From the NCBI GenBank assembly GCA_964582435.1, contig CAZORY010000001.1:1-44225 (forward strand): a stretch of 44,225 nucleotides of DNA, in the 5' to 3' direction. The position numbers were made by a program, and so were the translations under genes. How positions within the stretch are numbered: the first letter of the stretch is position 1; every line of letters begins with the position of its first letter. The DNA is from an uncultured Campylobacterales bacterium. Its GTDB lineage: Bacteria > Campylobacterota > Campylobacteria > Campylobacterales > Hydrogenimonadaceae. The notes beneath the pieces are model-generated. The model made no database searches. It worked only from the letters and a program-made list of their open reading frames with translations, and was not told the origin of the DNA. Positions 28,417 through 37,718 of the stretch are shown here, in pieces.

Positions 28417-29268
28417 ATGCAAAAAAAGATGCAGGTGGTCCAGACGCTGCTGGATACGCTGCCTTTCATCAGGAAATTCGCCGGTAAGGTGATCGTGGTC
28501 AAGTATGGGGGTGCGGCCCAGGTCAAGGAGGAGTTGAAACGGAAATTCGCACAGGATATCGTTTTGATGCACCTGGTGGGCATTCGTCCCGTCGTCGTGC
28601 ACGGTGGCGGACCCAAAATCACCCAACTGCTGGCCGATTTGAAAATCCCTACCGAATTCGTCGAGGGGCAACGAGTCACCACGAAAGAGGCGATGCGCAT
28701 CGTCGAGATGGTTTTGAGCGGCGAAGTGAACAAAGAGATCGTCTCCTTGCTCAACGATCATGGATCCAAAGCGATCGGTATCAGCGGCAAGGACGCCCAC
28801 TTCATTCAAGCCCGGGCCAAGGATCGAAGCCGTTGGGGATATACGGGGGTGATCGAAGAGATCCATCCGGAGGTCGTCGAAAATTTGATCGCCGAAGAGT
28901 TCATACCCGTGATCGCACCGATCGCGGCGAGCAAGGATCCGGGTGAACCGGGGTTCAATATCAATGCCGATCTGGCCGCCAGTCGTATCGCCGTGGCGCT
29001 GAAAGCGGACAAAGTGGTCTTTTTGACCGATACGCCGGGGGTATTGGACGGTGATGGCCATCTCATCGGTACACTCGGCAGTGAAAAGATCGATCTACTC
29101 AAAAACGAAGGGGTGATCAGCGGTGGCATGGTCCCCAAGGTCGATGCCTGTATGGAAGCGATCCGTGGTGGCGTCAACAAAGCCCATATTATCGACGGAC
29201 GTATCGAACACTCGATCCTTCTGGAAATCTTCACCAGCGAAGGTATCGGCACTCAAATCGTACACTGA
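28417..29268 (+). CDS. argB: Acetylglutamate kinase
   Basis: VVKYGG, VVHGGGP, GQRVT, NINAD, GGMVPK; alternative start 28399. Confidence 0.96.
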   Translation: MQKKMQVVQTLLDTLPFIRKFAGKVIVVKYGGAAQVKEELKRKFAQDIVLMHLVGIRPVVVHGGGPKITQLLADLKIPTEFVEGQRVTTKEAMRIVEMVLSGEVNKEIVSLLNDHGSKAIGISGKDAHFIQARAKDRSRWGYTGVIEEIHPEVVENLIAEEFIPVIAPIAASKDPGEPGFNINADLAASRIAVALKADKVVFLTDTPGVLDGDGHLIGTLGSEKIDLLKNEGVISGGMVPKVDACMEAIRGGVNKAHIIDGRIEHSILLEIFTSEGIGTQIVH

Positions 29269-29275
29269 AAGGAAT

Positions 29276-29698
29276 ATGATGAAATTTTGGCAGATGACGG
29301 CTCTGACGGGCCTGGTTTTGACACTCGGTGGCTGCTTCAAATCGGAAGCGCCCAAATGTTCGGACAAAGAGGTTGTCCAACTGGTCAAACAGATCTATAC
29401 CGAACATATCGGCGAATTGTCCAAAAGCAATCCGATGTTCATGATTTTCGCCGCGGCCATACCCAAAAAAATCGTCAAAATCGATTCCGCCCGTCCCGTA
29501 TCTTATGATGAGAAGATCCATTTGCGCCAATGCAAGGCCCAAGCCTACTTCGACGACAATAGAACCGCGCCTATCGAATATACGGTTCAATTGGATGAAA
29601 AAAATAGCGATCAATTTTATGTCGAGCTCTCTTTCGAGTTTCTCCAGCCTCTTGCTCAACAAGGTATGATGCAACAAATTCTAAAAGATAAGGAGTGA
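29276..29698 (+). CDS. Hypothetical lipoprotein
   Basis: AAGGA RBS, lipobox LGGC, further Cys pair (PKCSD...RQCKA). Confidence 0.75.
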   Translation: MMKFWQMTALTGLVLTLGGCFKSEAPKCSDKEVVQLVKQIYTEHIGELSKSNPMFMIFAAAIPKKIVKIDSARPVSYDEKIHLRQCKAQAYFDDNRTAPIEYTVQLDEKNSDQFYVELSFEFLQPLAQQGMMQQILKDKE

Positions 29699-29743
29699 TC
29701 GGTGTCGAGTGCAAACTACGGGCCCCGATCGTAGGAGTTGCCG

Positions 29744-30058
29744 ATGAACGAGTATCGATTGGTCGTCGTCACGACGCCGGACGAAGAGGAGGGAATGCGT
29801 ATCGCCCGTAAATTGGTCGAAAAGGAGTTGGCCGCTTGCGTCAACGTCGTACCGAAGATGCGCTCCGTCTATCGTTGGAAAGGTGAAGTGGTGGAAGATA
29901 CCGAAGCGTTGCTTTTGATCAAAACGAGAACGAAACTCCTGGCCAAAGTGGAGCGTCGCGTCAAAAAGATGCATAGTTACGAGGTCCCCGAATTTTTGAT
30001 TTTCAAAATCGATGGGGGGAGCGACGACTATCTGAAATGGTTGGGAACGGCGATTTGA
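29744..30058 (+). CDS. cutA: Divalent-cation tolerance protein CutA
   Basis: LAACVN, SVYRWKG, LIKT, HSYEVPE, YLKW; AGGAG RBS. Confidence 0.95.
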   Translation: MNEYRLVVVTTPDEEEGMRIARKLVEKELAACVNVVPKMRSVYRWKGEVVEDTEALLLIKTRTKLLAKVERRVKKMHSYEVPEFLIFKIDGGSDDYLKWLGTAI

Positions 30059-30129
30059 AGTGAAGAAACGGCGTCGATGACGGAGATGGCGAGGATATCC
30101 GGTTGCCGTCGCATCACTTCCTAAGGGAA

Positions 30130-30138
30130 TGGTATAAT
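30130..30138 (+). promoter_or_regulatory. Extended -10 promoter element of thrC
   Basis: TGGTATAAT ending 32 nt upstream of the thrC ATG. Confidence 0.6.
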
Positions 30139-30170
30139 CCCGACAAAAATTTATCGATTTAGGATCCGAA

Positions 30171-31637
30171 ATGACTTTTATCGAAACCAGAGGAAACGAC
30201 GGTCGAAAACCGGCCGAAGTGACCTTCAGCCAAGCGATTTTGAGCCCGAGTGCGAGTTTTGGCGGACTCTACGTTCCTAAAAACTTGCCGCGACTCGATT
30301 TCGAGTTTTTGCGAAATCATCTAAAAAGCGACTATCAGACGCTATGTCTAGCGCTTTTCGAGCGATTCGACGTCGATATCGAGCGTGAAGTGCTGGTCGA
30401 AGCGTTGAAACGATACGAGCGATTCGACGATCCGAAGGATCCGGTGCCTTTGAGCAAGGTCGAAGAGGATGCCTTCGTCGGCGAATTGTGGCACGGGCCG
30501 ACTCGGGCTTTCAAAGATATGGCGTTACAACCTTTCGGTCATATTCTCTCGCAGCTTGCGCAAAAAAGGGGTGAGCACTATCTGATCATGGCGGCGACCA
30601 GTGGGGATACGGGACCGGCGACCCTGGAGACTTTCAAAAACGCTCCCAACATCAAAGTGGCCTGTCTCTATCCCAGCGGAGGGACCAGTGACGTACAGAG
30701 GCTACAGATGGTCACCGAAGAGGCGCAGAACGAAAAGGTGATCGGTATCGAAGGCAATTTCGACGATGCCCAGACGGCGCTCAAAAATCTGTTGGCCAGT
30801 GAAAGTTTCAAAGAGCGGCTCAAACAAAGCCATACGGAACTCTCCGCCGCCAATTCGGTCAATTTCGGACGGATCATCTTCCAGATCATCTACCATATCT
30901 ATAGCTACTTGAGACTTGTCGACAAAGCCGAGATAGCGCTGGGAGAGCATGTCTATCTGATCGTGCCAAGCGGCAACTTCGGCAATGTATTGGGTGGTTA
31001 TTACGCCAAAAAGATGGGATTGCCGGTCGAGAAGTTGCTCATATCATCCAATATCAACAATATCCTGACCGATCTGATCACCCAAGGAGTCTACGATCTG
31101 CGGGATCGTCGACTGATCCAGACCACATCTCCGGCGATGGATATCTTGAAATCCTCCAATGTCGAGCGGGTGCTTTTCGATAAATTCGGTGCCGAGCGTA
31201 CCAAGGCGTTGATGAGCGACTTGGATGAGAAGGGTTACTATCGACTCAGCGAGGAAGAGTTGGCGATGCTGCGAGAGGATTTCGACGCGACCTTCGCCAG
31301 CGACGAAGAGGGAGCCGCGGTCATCGCCGAGTATGCCCAAAAGGGTTATATCATGGATCCGCACACCGCGACATGCTTCAAAGCCTATCGCGATCTTCGT
31401 AAAAAGAGTCTCAAAACCGTCATCTATTCCACCGCCGAATGGACGAAATTCAGCCCGACCGTCGCCAAAGCGTTGGGCCATGAAGTAAGCAACGACCTGG
31501 AAGCGTTGGAGTGGATCAGTCAGAAGTACCATATCCAAGTGCCGCCGATGATCGCCGAACTTTTCGACAAACCGATCGTCCACGACACCGTCGTACCCAA
31601 AGAGAAGATCGAAGAGGAGATCCTCTCATTCCTCTGA
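30171..31637 (+). CDS. thrC: Threonine synthase
   Basis: GGLYVP, ELWHGPTRAFKDMAL, ATSGDTG, NSVNFGR, VPSGNFGN, DPHTA. Confidence 0.96.
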   Translation: MTFIETRGNDGRKPAEVTFSQAILSPSASFGGLYVPKNLPRLDFEFLRNHLKSDYQTLCLALFERFDVDIEREVLVEALKRYERFDDPKDPVPLSKVEEDAFVGELWHGPTRAFKDMALQPFGHILSQLAQKRGEHYLIMAATSGDTGPATLETFKNAPNIKVACLYPSGGTSDVQRLQMVTEEAQNEKVIGIEGNFDDAQTALKNLLASESFKERLKQSHTELSAANSVNFGRIIFQIIYHIYSYLRLVDKAEIALGEHVYLIVPSGNFGNVLGGYYAKKMGLPVEKLLISSNINNILTDLITQGVYDLRDRRLIQTTSPAMDILKSSNVERVLFDKFGAERTKALMSDLDEKGYYRLSEEELAMLREDFDATFASDEEGAAVIAEYAQKGYIMDPHTATCFKAYRDLRKKSLKTVIYSTAEWTKFSPTVAKALGHEVSNDLEALEWISQKYHIQVPPMIAELFDKPIVHDTVVPKEKIEEEILSFL

Positions 31638-32863
31638 AAATCGCCGTGGTGGGAGGGGGTGCGGCCGGCTTGATGGCGGCGATCACCGCCAAAAGAGAGG
31701 CTCGTGAACATGTCCATATATCGATATATGAACAAAATAGGGAGCCTGCCAAAAAGATACTCGCTTCCGGTAACGGCCGATGCAATATCTCCAACACGTC
31801 GCCCTCTGGCGATGACTATTTCGGTCGCCATCCCCATTTCGTCACGCCGGCTCTGACGCATTTGGACTATCCTGCCTTCGAACGCTTCGCCCGGACGATC
31901 GGATTGACACTCGACATCAAGTCCGACGGTAGAGTGTACCCCCTCAGCAACGAAGCGCGATCGGTCAAAGAGGCGATGGTACGAGAAGCTCGACGGTTGG
32001 GTGTCGCGATCCATACCGATGCGCGGGTGGAGAGCATCGAAAAGAAAGAAACAGGCTTTTCGCTCCATGTTTTGAATGAGCCGATCCTCTTCGATCGGGT
32101 ACTTTTGGCGACCGGCTCGCCGGCGGCTCCTCAACTTGGCGGAAACTTCGACGGTATGAGACTCGCCCGCTCCCTAGGGCATACGATCGTCGAGCCTTAT
32201 CCTGCTTTGGTGGGACTTCATCTGGCCGGGAGTTCGCATACACGCATGAGCGGGATCAAAGTGCAAGCACGGTTGCGACTTTATGTGGACGGGCGTGTAC
32301 ACCTCGATACAAAGGGCGATCTACTCTTCACTCGATACGGTATCTCCGGTTTTGCGGTACTCGATCTCTCTACGGAGGCTTCACGATGGCTTGCGAAAGG
32401 CAAAAAGGTGACGGTCGGCATCCATCTACTGCCCGATTACGATCGTCAAGGGATTTTCGCACTGCTACAAAAGATGTCCAAAGCGGCGCCATGGCTCACG
32501 CTCGGCGAAACGCTTCAGGGGGTCTTGCCCCATAAAATCGTGACGCAATTGCTGATGGATTTGGATTTCGCACCCACTGTGTCGGTGGCGTCCGTGGAAG
32601 GCAAAAGTTGGCGAAAAATCGCCGCGACGTTATCGGATTGGCGTTTTGACGTCACGGATACGCATGGCTACAAACACGCCGAAGTCGCCGGCGGCGGCGT
32701 GGATACGGCCGAAGTGTCGGCCAAAACGATGGCTTCCAAAAAGGTCGAAGGACTCTTTTTTGCCGGAGAGGTTCTCGACATCGTAGGTAAACGGGGCGGT
32801 TTCAATCTACATTTCGCCTGGGCCAGCGGCCAGTTGGCCGGTCGTCATCTCATCCGTCGTTAG
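31634..32863 (+). CDS. HI0933/YhiN-family flavoprotein (NAD(P)/FAD-dependent oxidoreductase)
   Basis: KIAVVGGGAAG, KILASGNGRCN, LLFTRYGISG, AGGGV, FAGEVLD, GGFNL; start codon uncertain (see findings). Confidence 0.92.
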   Translation: MKIAVVGGGAAGLMAAITAKREAREHVHISIYEQNREPAKKILASGNGRCNISNTSPSGDDYFGRHPHFVTPALTHLDYPAFERFARTIGLTLDIKSDGRVYPLSNEARSVKEAMVREARRLGVAIHTDARVESIEKKETGFSLHVLNEPILFDRVLLATGSPAAPQLGGNFDGMRLARSLGHTIVEPYPALVGLHLAGSSHTRMSGIKVQARLRLYVDGRVHLDTKGDLLFTRYGISGFAVLDLSTEASRWLAKGKKVTVGIHLLPDYDRQGIFALLQKMSKAAPWLTLGETLQGVLPHKIVTQLLMDLDFAPTVSVASVEGKSWRKIAATLSDWRFDVTDTHGYKHAEVAGGGVDTAEVSAKTMASKKVEGLFFAGEVLDIVGKRGGFNLHFAWASGQLAGRHLIRR

Positions 32864-32927
32864 AATTCAGAATGGCATAAGAGATAATCTGGGATAATCG
32901 TTTAAAATCATCTTAGGATCGCGAACT

Positions 32928-33977
32928 ATGGAGATTTTCAAACTTGGCGAGGTAGCCAAAAAGATGCACATGCCGCCTGATCAAGCCAAAAAATTGCTCG
33001 ACGATCATCTGATCCCCCACATCAAAAAGAGTTCCCAGAAGCGAGATACCTACTACGTCCCTCAGTTGACCCTCGATTATGCCAAGAGCGTACTGGGCCT
33101 TCAGAAGGAGAAGGATTTCAAAAAGATCGAATCGGACGCGGCGACCCTTCAGCGCTTCCACAACAAAGGGGGTCCCCGAATCCTCTCCTTTTCCAATCTC
33201 AAAGGGGGTGTGGGCAAGACCTCCATCGCCGCCAACGTCGCCTACAATCTTGCCTTGCTGAACAAACGGACTCTTCTGGTGGATATGGATTCCCAGGCCA
33301 ACACCTCCCGCTATTTCGCGAATCGTTATTTCGTAGGCGAGAGTATCAAGAACATCTTCGACAAAATGACCCGCAAAGAGAGCGTGGACAAGGAGACGGT
33401 ACGCCGCTATATCGTACCCATCGCCTTCGAGAACGCGAAGCTCGATCTTTTGCCCAGCGAACTGAGCCTTGGACGAATCGTGGAGTTGAGTCGGTCGGTT
33501 TTTACACTGCCCCACAAAAAATTGAGCGATCTATTGAAACTCGTCAAGGACGATTACGATTTCATCGTCATCGATACCCCGCCGTCGACGGGTCTTTCGC
33601 TTCATATGGCCCTCTATGCCAGCGATTTGGTCAGTATCGTCACCGATGCGGAGGATTTCAGCGTCAACGGCTTGAACGAACTCTATCTCGAGATCAACGA
33701 ATTGGCCGAAGAGACCGATCACGACGTTCGGGTCGATTCGGTCTTCATCAACAAAATCAAAAAGAGCAACATCCATAGCGTCTATATCGAAGCGATCGCC
33801 GAAATGGCGGTACGAGAAGGGATCGAAAACGTCTACACGATCAAAGACAGCACGCGATTCAAGGAGTCTCAGAATCTCCATATTCCACTCGTCGAATATA
33901 AAAAGGAGTTGGAGAAAAAACTGGTGATCGCCGAAAGCATGCTCGAATATGCCGTCGAAAAAGCGTTGGAGGCGTAA
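32928..33977 (+). CDS. ParA-family ATPase with N-terminal HTH-like extension
   Basis: Deviant Walker A NLKGGVGKTS, LVDMDSQAN, IDTPP; about 80-aa N-terminal extension beginning LGEVAKKMHM. Confidence 0.9.
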   Translation: MEIFKLGEVAKKMHMPPDQAKKLLDDHLIPHIKKSSQKRDTYYVPQLTLDYAKSVLGLQKEKDFKKIESDAATLQRFHNKGGPRILSFSNLKGGVGKTSIAANVAYNLALLNKRTLLVDMDSQANTSRYFANRYFVGESIKNIFDKMTRKESVDKETVRRYIVPIAFENAKLDLLPSELSLGRIVELSRSVFTLPHKKLSDLLKLVKDDYDFIVIDTPPSTGLSLHMALYASDLVSIVTDAEDFSVNGLNELYLEINELAEETDHDVRVDSVFINKIKKSNIHSVYIEAIAEMAVREGIENVYTIKDSTRFKESQNLHIPLVEYKKELEKKLVIAESMLEYAVEKALEA

Positions 33978-33978
33978 G

Positions 33979-34662
33979 ATGGCGAAAGTGAACCTCGAAA
34001 CATTCAAAACCAATGCCAAACGTGCATTGGCGAAAAAAGAGACCCATGGCATTTTCAAACAGCGTCGGGAGAAGTTCGAAACGGTCCCGTTGACGAGTTT
34101 GGACGAGGGGATGCGCCTTAGAATATTTTCTCGTGATTTGGAACCTTTGAAGCGTTCGATCGAGAAATTGGGGCAACTGGAGCCTATCATAGTGCGGCGT
34201 CAAGGTGATCGTTACGAAATACTCGACGGTCATCGAAGGGTGGCGGTGGCGAAGTCGCTAGGTCATGCGGATATAGCGGCGGAAGTGATCGAAGCGGAAG
34301 ACAAAGATGCGTTGTTCCTCCCTTATCTTCTCAATGCCGCGGAGAGTTTCGATCTCATAGAAATAGCTCTCTATCTTCGACATCTCACCCACGAGTTAGG
34401 TATCGATGCCGCGGCGATTCAAGAAGAGATCGGTTTGCGTGTCGATGATTTCAAAGAGCTTTTTTTCGAACGGGGCACGAATCCTCTCGAAGCCTTCAAC
34501 GACCATTTCGAAGGGCTTTTACGACGCCATTTTCGTATCGTCAAACAGCGACTCGATATCGAAAAAAATGGGGTCGGACTGAGACTCGAAGTCGATGAAA
34601 AGGCGGATGCACGCACCAAATCGGAAGTCTATCGGTTCATCTATCGATTGAGTCAGCTCTGA
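33979..34662 (+). CDS. ParB N-terminal (ParBc) domain protein
   Basis: SIEKLGQLEPIIVR...YEILDGHRRVAVA; GGAGG RBS; 1 nt after the ParA stop. Confidence 0.85.
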   Translation: MAKVNLETFKTNAKRALAKKETHGIFKQRREKFETVPLTSLDEGMRLRIFSRDLEPLKRSIEKLGQLEPIIVRRQGDRYEILDGHRRVAVAKSLGHADIAAEVIEAEDKDALFLPYLLNAAESFDLIEIALYLRHLTHELGIDAAAIQEEIGLRVDDFKELFFERGTNPLEAFNDHFEGLLRRHFRIVKQRLDIEKNGVGLRLEVDEKADARTKSEVYRFIYRLSQL

Positions 34663-34736
34663 AACGGGGCAGTGTGATTACGGTTTTTTAGATTCACTCT
34701 TGAAGAGGGGCCGATGCCGCAAAAGGCGAAGGAGGA

Positions 34737-34765
34737 TCGGGGAAGCGCTTCGAACGCTTACCCGA
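34737..34765. terminator. Imperfect stem-loop between convergent parB-like and cytochrome c genes
   Basis: TCGGG..AAGCG / CGCTT..CCCGA pairing; no clear U-tract. Confidence 0.35.
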
Positions 34766-34798
34766 CGCCGATTGGCAAGTAGATGGCGAGGGTGTTTC

Positions 34799-35239
34799 TC
34801 AAGGTTCCCAACGCCATTTGCGTAGCTTTTGATGGCAGCCGACACACTCCATCATGATATGGGTATAACCCGCGGCGATTTTGGAGTAGTCGTGTTTGCT
34901 GAAGATATCTTCACGCATCATACGGGTATAGCGTTCGATATTCATTTCACTCAGTTTCGCCAAGCTCATGGCGAATTTCGGGTTGTCCGGCATATATTTT
35001 TTGAGCGCTTCGCCATGTTTGGTCAAAAAGCCGGGTTGGACCCTTTTGAGAGCCCGTACACCGGCAAGTAGCTGTTCACGATCGTTGTAGAGGATGGCTT
35101 TTTGGATACGCATCAATCCATCCGCCATCGAATGCATCGTCTTTTGGAGCGCTTTGCGCTCCGGGGTCATTGGTACGTTCGTCTGACCGGCACCCAACAT
35201 CACAATTCCGAGTCCCAACGCCATTACGATTCGTTTCAT
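34799..35239 (-). CDS. Periplasmic monoheme cytochrome c, probably class II (four-helix bundle)
   Basis: Signal peptide, single C-terminal CVGCH, helical sequence, AAGGAG RBS. Confidence 0.85.
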   Translation of the reverse strand: MKRIVMALGLGIVMLGAGQTNVPMTPERKALQKTMHSMADGLMRIQKAILYNDREQLLAGVRALKRVQPGFLTKHGEALKKYMPDNPKFAMSLAKLSEMNIERYTRMMREDIFSKHDYSKIAAGYTHIMMECVGCHQKLRKWRWEP

Positions 35240-35334
35240 GGCGACTCCTTTTTGTGAGATAAGTCAATTTTATTCCACGTGCTCGAAAATAGGGTTTAAT
35301 AAAATAAATTGTAATTATAATTTAAGGGTGAAGT

Positions 35335-35652
35335 TCAAGAGAATAGAAGTTGATAGGGGCGCTCGATCCGATCGACGAGTGCGGGAATACTGACATTTCG
35401 GCTGACTCTGGCGAACTCTTTGCCGTCGAGAAAGATAATGGCGGTGGGGATGGAGAAGACGCCGAACGAAGCGGCGATGTCAGGCGAAACTTCGGCGTCG
35501 ATCGAAATCTTTTCGATGCGTGGAAAACGTTCGTCGAAGGCGTCGAAAAGTTTGGGGCGAAGCGCATGGCATACATTGCACCGTTCGCCCCAAAAGTAGA
35601 GCATCACCCCTGCTTTTTCTCGAATGGCTCGTTCGATCTCGTCTCGTGTCAC
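35335..35652 (-). CDS. Thioredoxin-family protein
   Basis: YFWGERCNVC, VFSIPT; GTG start with GAGGAAGG. Confidence 0.9.
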   Translation of the reverse strand: MTRDEIERAIREKAGVMLYFWGERCNVCHALRPKLFDAFDERFPRIEKISIDAEVSPDIAASFGVFSIPTAIIFLDGKEFARVSRNVSIPALVDRIERPYQLLFS

Positions 35653-35698
35653 GCCCTTCTCCTCTGTTTGGCTGGTATCATTCTACCAGCCTTTCGGT

Positions 35699-37579
35699 TC
35701 AAGTTCTATGAGATCGACGATTCATCGCTTCGACAGCGGCTAGAAGATCGAGACCCGCTTCGTTGACGCCGTTTTTGCCTAGATAGTGGGCTTCTCTGGC
35801 GGCGACCCACGCTTTTTCGAAAGTTTCCGGACTCAAACCGCTTCTTCTGTACGCCTCTTTATGATGTTTGGGCAGTATACGGATCTTTTTCTCTTTTTCA
35901 TACAAGGTTCCCACTTCGGCGACCGCTTTGACGACACGATAGATGACGGGTGTGATCGGTGCACCGAAACTGTCGGGCACGCCGCTGAGTGCTCGATCCA
36001 TCAGCTCTCCGGCTTTCGTTTCGACGATGTGACCGTCGGCCAACACTTCCACGAATCCTCTCGCTTCTAGCATATCGACCGCCGCTTCCATCATATGGCG
36101 GTCGTGCTCGGTTTTCGCCTCGTCGAGTAGTCGTTCTAGCGTCATGCCACGATTTGGAATACGTTTGAAAACATCCATTTCATAGCGTGTCATAAAGGGT
36201 CTTCGTTCCACTAGGTCGCTCAATTCGGCGTAGAATTCTCCTCGAGGGCCCGGACCATATTCGCCTAGAATCTTTTCCTCTCGTGCTTTTTCGATCCAAG
36301 CACGGTGGGGGACTTCGAAAGCTCGATGGGTCAGTTTGATCGTTTTGATCGCCTGGGACGAAATGGCTCGTAACTCCTCTTTTTGATCCTTGGCTACCTT
36401 TTCGCCATTCGTCGTCAGATGATAGATCTCTTGGCCTTTCTCATCCTCGCTAGATTCGACGAGGCCGAACGCCTCGAGCCCGTAGAGGTATTCGTGGATG
36501 TCGAAATGGCTTTCGAACCATTTGGCGTGCTCTTTGGCCGCCATGAAAGCTTCGGCGATCTGCCGTTTTTTCAAAGGCATTTCATCGAGTCTACGGCCGT
36601 ACGCTTCGATCAGCTTTTTGTATTCGGCGATTTTTTTATCGACCATCTCTTTTTTGATGTCGTCGATATGAGCTTCGCCGATATTCGCGATGCTGACGAG
36701 CGTTTCGGCCATCTCCTGAGTCAGGGCGAAGCTAAAAAGTCTACGCTCTTGCGGGTTTTTCAGAAGTGCTCGTAGGGCCATCAGATCTTCGCCTGCCGGA
36801 AGTAGTTGCAACGAATCGTCGATATAGCCCGACATCTCCAACTGGGTCGTCGCTTCCTCGCCGATAGGCTCTCCGTCCATCACGTCGGCCACCAGATTTA
36901 TGATCAGCGTATCGATCACCGCACCTTCCGGAGCAGTGGCACCGTTTTCAAGCACTTTCCGCACAGCACGACCGATACCAGTGAACGTGGCGATATCCCC
37001 TCTGGGAATCGAATAGGCGATGATTCTCATCGCTTCGAGTGCCTCTTTTTGAGTCTCGTCGAAGGGCATATGCACCGCTTCGGTCGGTCCTACGGGTGCC
37101 GTGAGGATCAGATGGGCCAGATCGTTGTCGATCATAAGTTCCGGTTCGACGATTTCGAAGGCTTTGAGCACATCTTCTCCCACTTCGTTCAGTTGCCAGC
37201 TATCGGTTTTCCGCTCTTTGTCGTGAACTTTGTGGGCCAGGCCTCTACTTTTCAGTGCCTCCAATGCGATTGCTGAGACATTGCCGCTTCTTTTGGCATT
37301 TTTCATCATCGCCAGGATTTCGCTGCCGATCCATCGGAAACGATCGTTCCAGTCGGTCACTTTGGGTAAAAGACCTTCTTCGATCGCTTCCTGCAAAGCT
37401 CTGGCGACCATTTCGCCACCGTAAGTGAGAGAAACGCTGGCGGGGGTCGGGAAGTGGATCAATCCGGCGAGTTGTAACTGACGCAATCCCGTTTCGTTCA
37501 GCTTACTCACGTCGATTTCTCGCTCTTTCGTTTGCAGCAATGCCAATAGATGCGTCGCTTCGGCTCTTTTTATCACCAT
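35699..37579 (-). CDS. DUF505-like protein with tandem winged-helix-like repeats
   Basis: MVIKR start with GAGGAG; FRWIGSEI motif recalled from DUF505 proteins; repeated L..xG.....LT..G pattern. Confidence 0.7.
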   Translation of the reverse strand: MVIKRAEATHLLALLQTKEREIDVSKLNETGLRQLQLAGLIHFPTPASVSLTYGGEMVARALQEAIEEGLLPKVTDWNDRFRWIGSEILAMMKNAKRSGNVSAIALEALKSRGLAHKVHDKERKTDSWQLNEVGEDVLKAFEIVEPELMIDNDLAHLILTAPVGPTEAVHMPFDETQKEALEAMRIIAYSIPRGDIATFTGIGRAVRKVLENGATAPEGAVIDTLIINLVADVMDGEPIGEEATTQLEMSGYIDDSLQLLPAGEDLMALRALLKNPQERRLFSFALTQEMAETLVSIANIGEAHIDDIKKEMVDKKIAEYKKLIEAYGRRLDEMPLKKRQIAEAFMAAKEHAKWFESHFDIHEYLYGLEAFGLVESSEDEKGQEIYHLTTNGEKVAKDQKEELRAISSQAIKTIKLTHRAFEVPHRAWIEKAREEKILGEYGPGPRGEFYAELSDLVERRPFMTRYEMDVFKRIPNRGMTLERLLDEAKTEHDRHMMEAAVDMLEARGFVEVLADGHIVETKAGELMDRALSGVPDSFGAPITPVIYRVVKAVAEVGTLYEKEKKIRILPKHHKEAYRRSGLSPETFEKAWVAAREAHYLGKNGVNEAGLDLLAAVEAMNRRSHRT

Positions 37580-37718
37580 CGTCAACTCCTCGTTTTTTTG
37601 ATGACATTGTAGGTGATCCGAAGCTTCGTTTCCGCGTCTTAAGTAGCACAAACTTTAGCTTAAAGAGCATTTTATGAAATATAAATAATAATTGTTGAAG
37701 ATTCATAGGGAGGTTGTT

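Noticed and set aside
37580-37718. Riboswitch or leader RNA upstream of the DUF505-like gene
   Set aside because: No Rfam-like consensus recognised; explicable as divergent AT-rich promoters.
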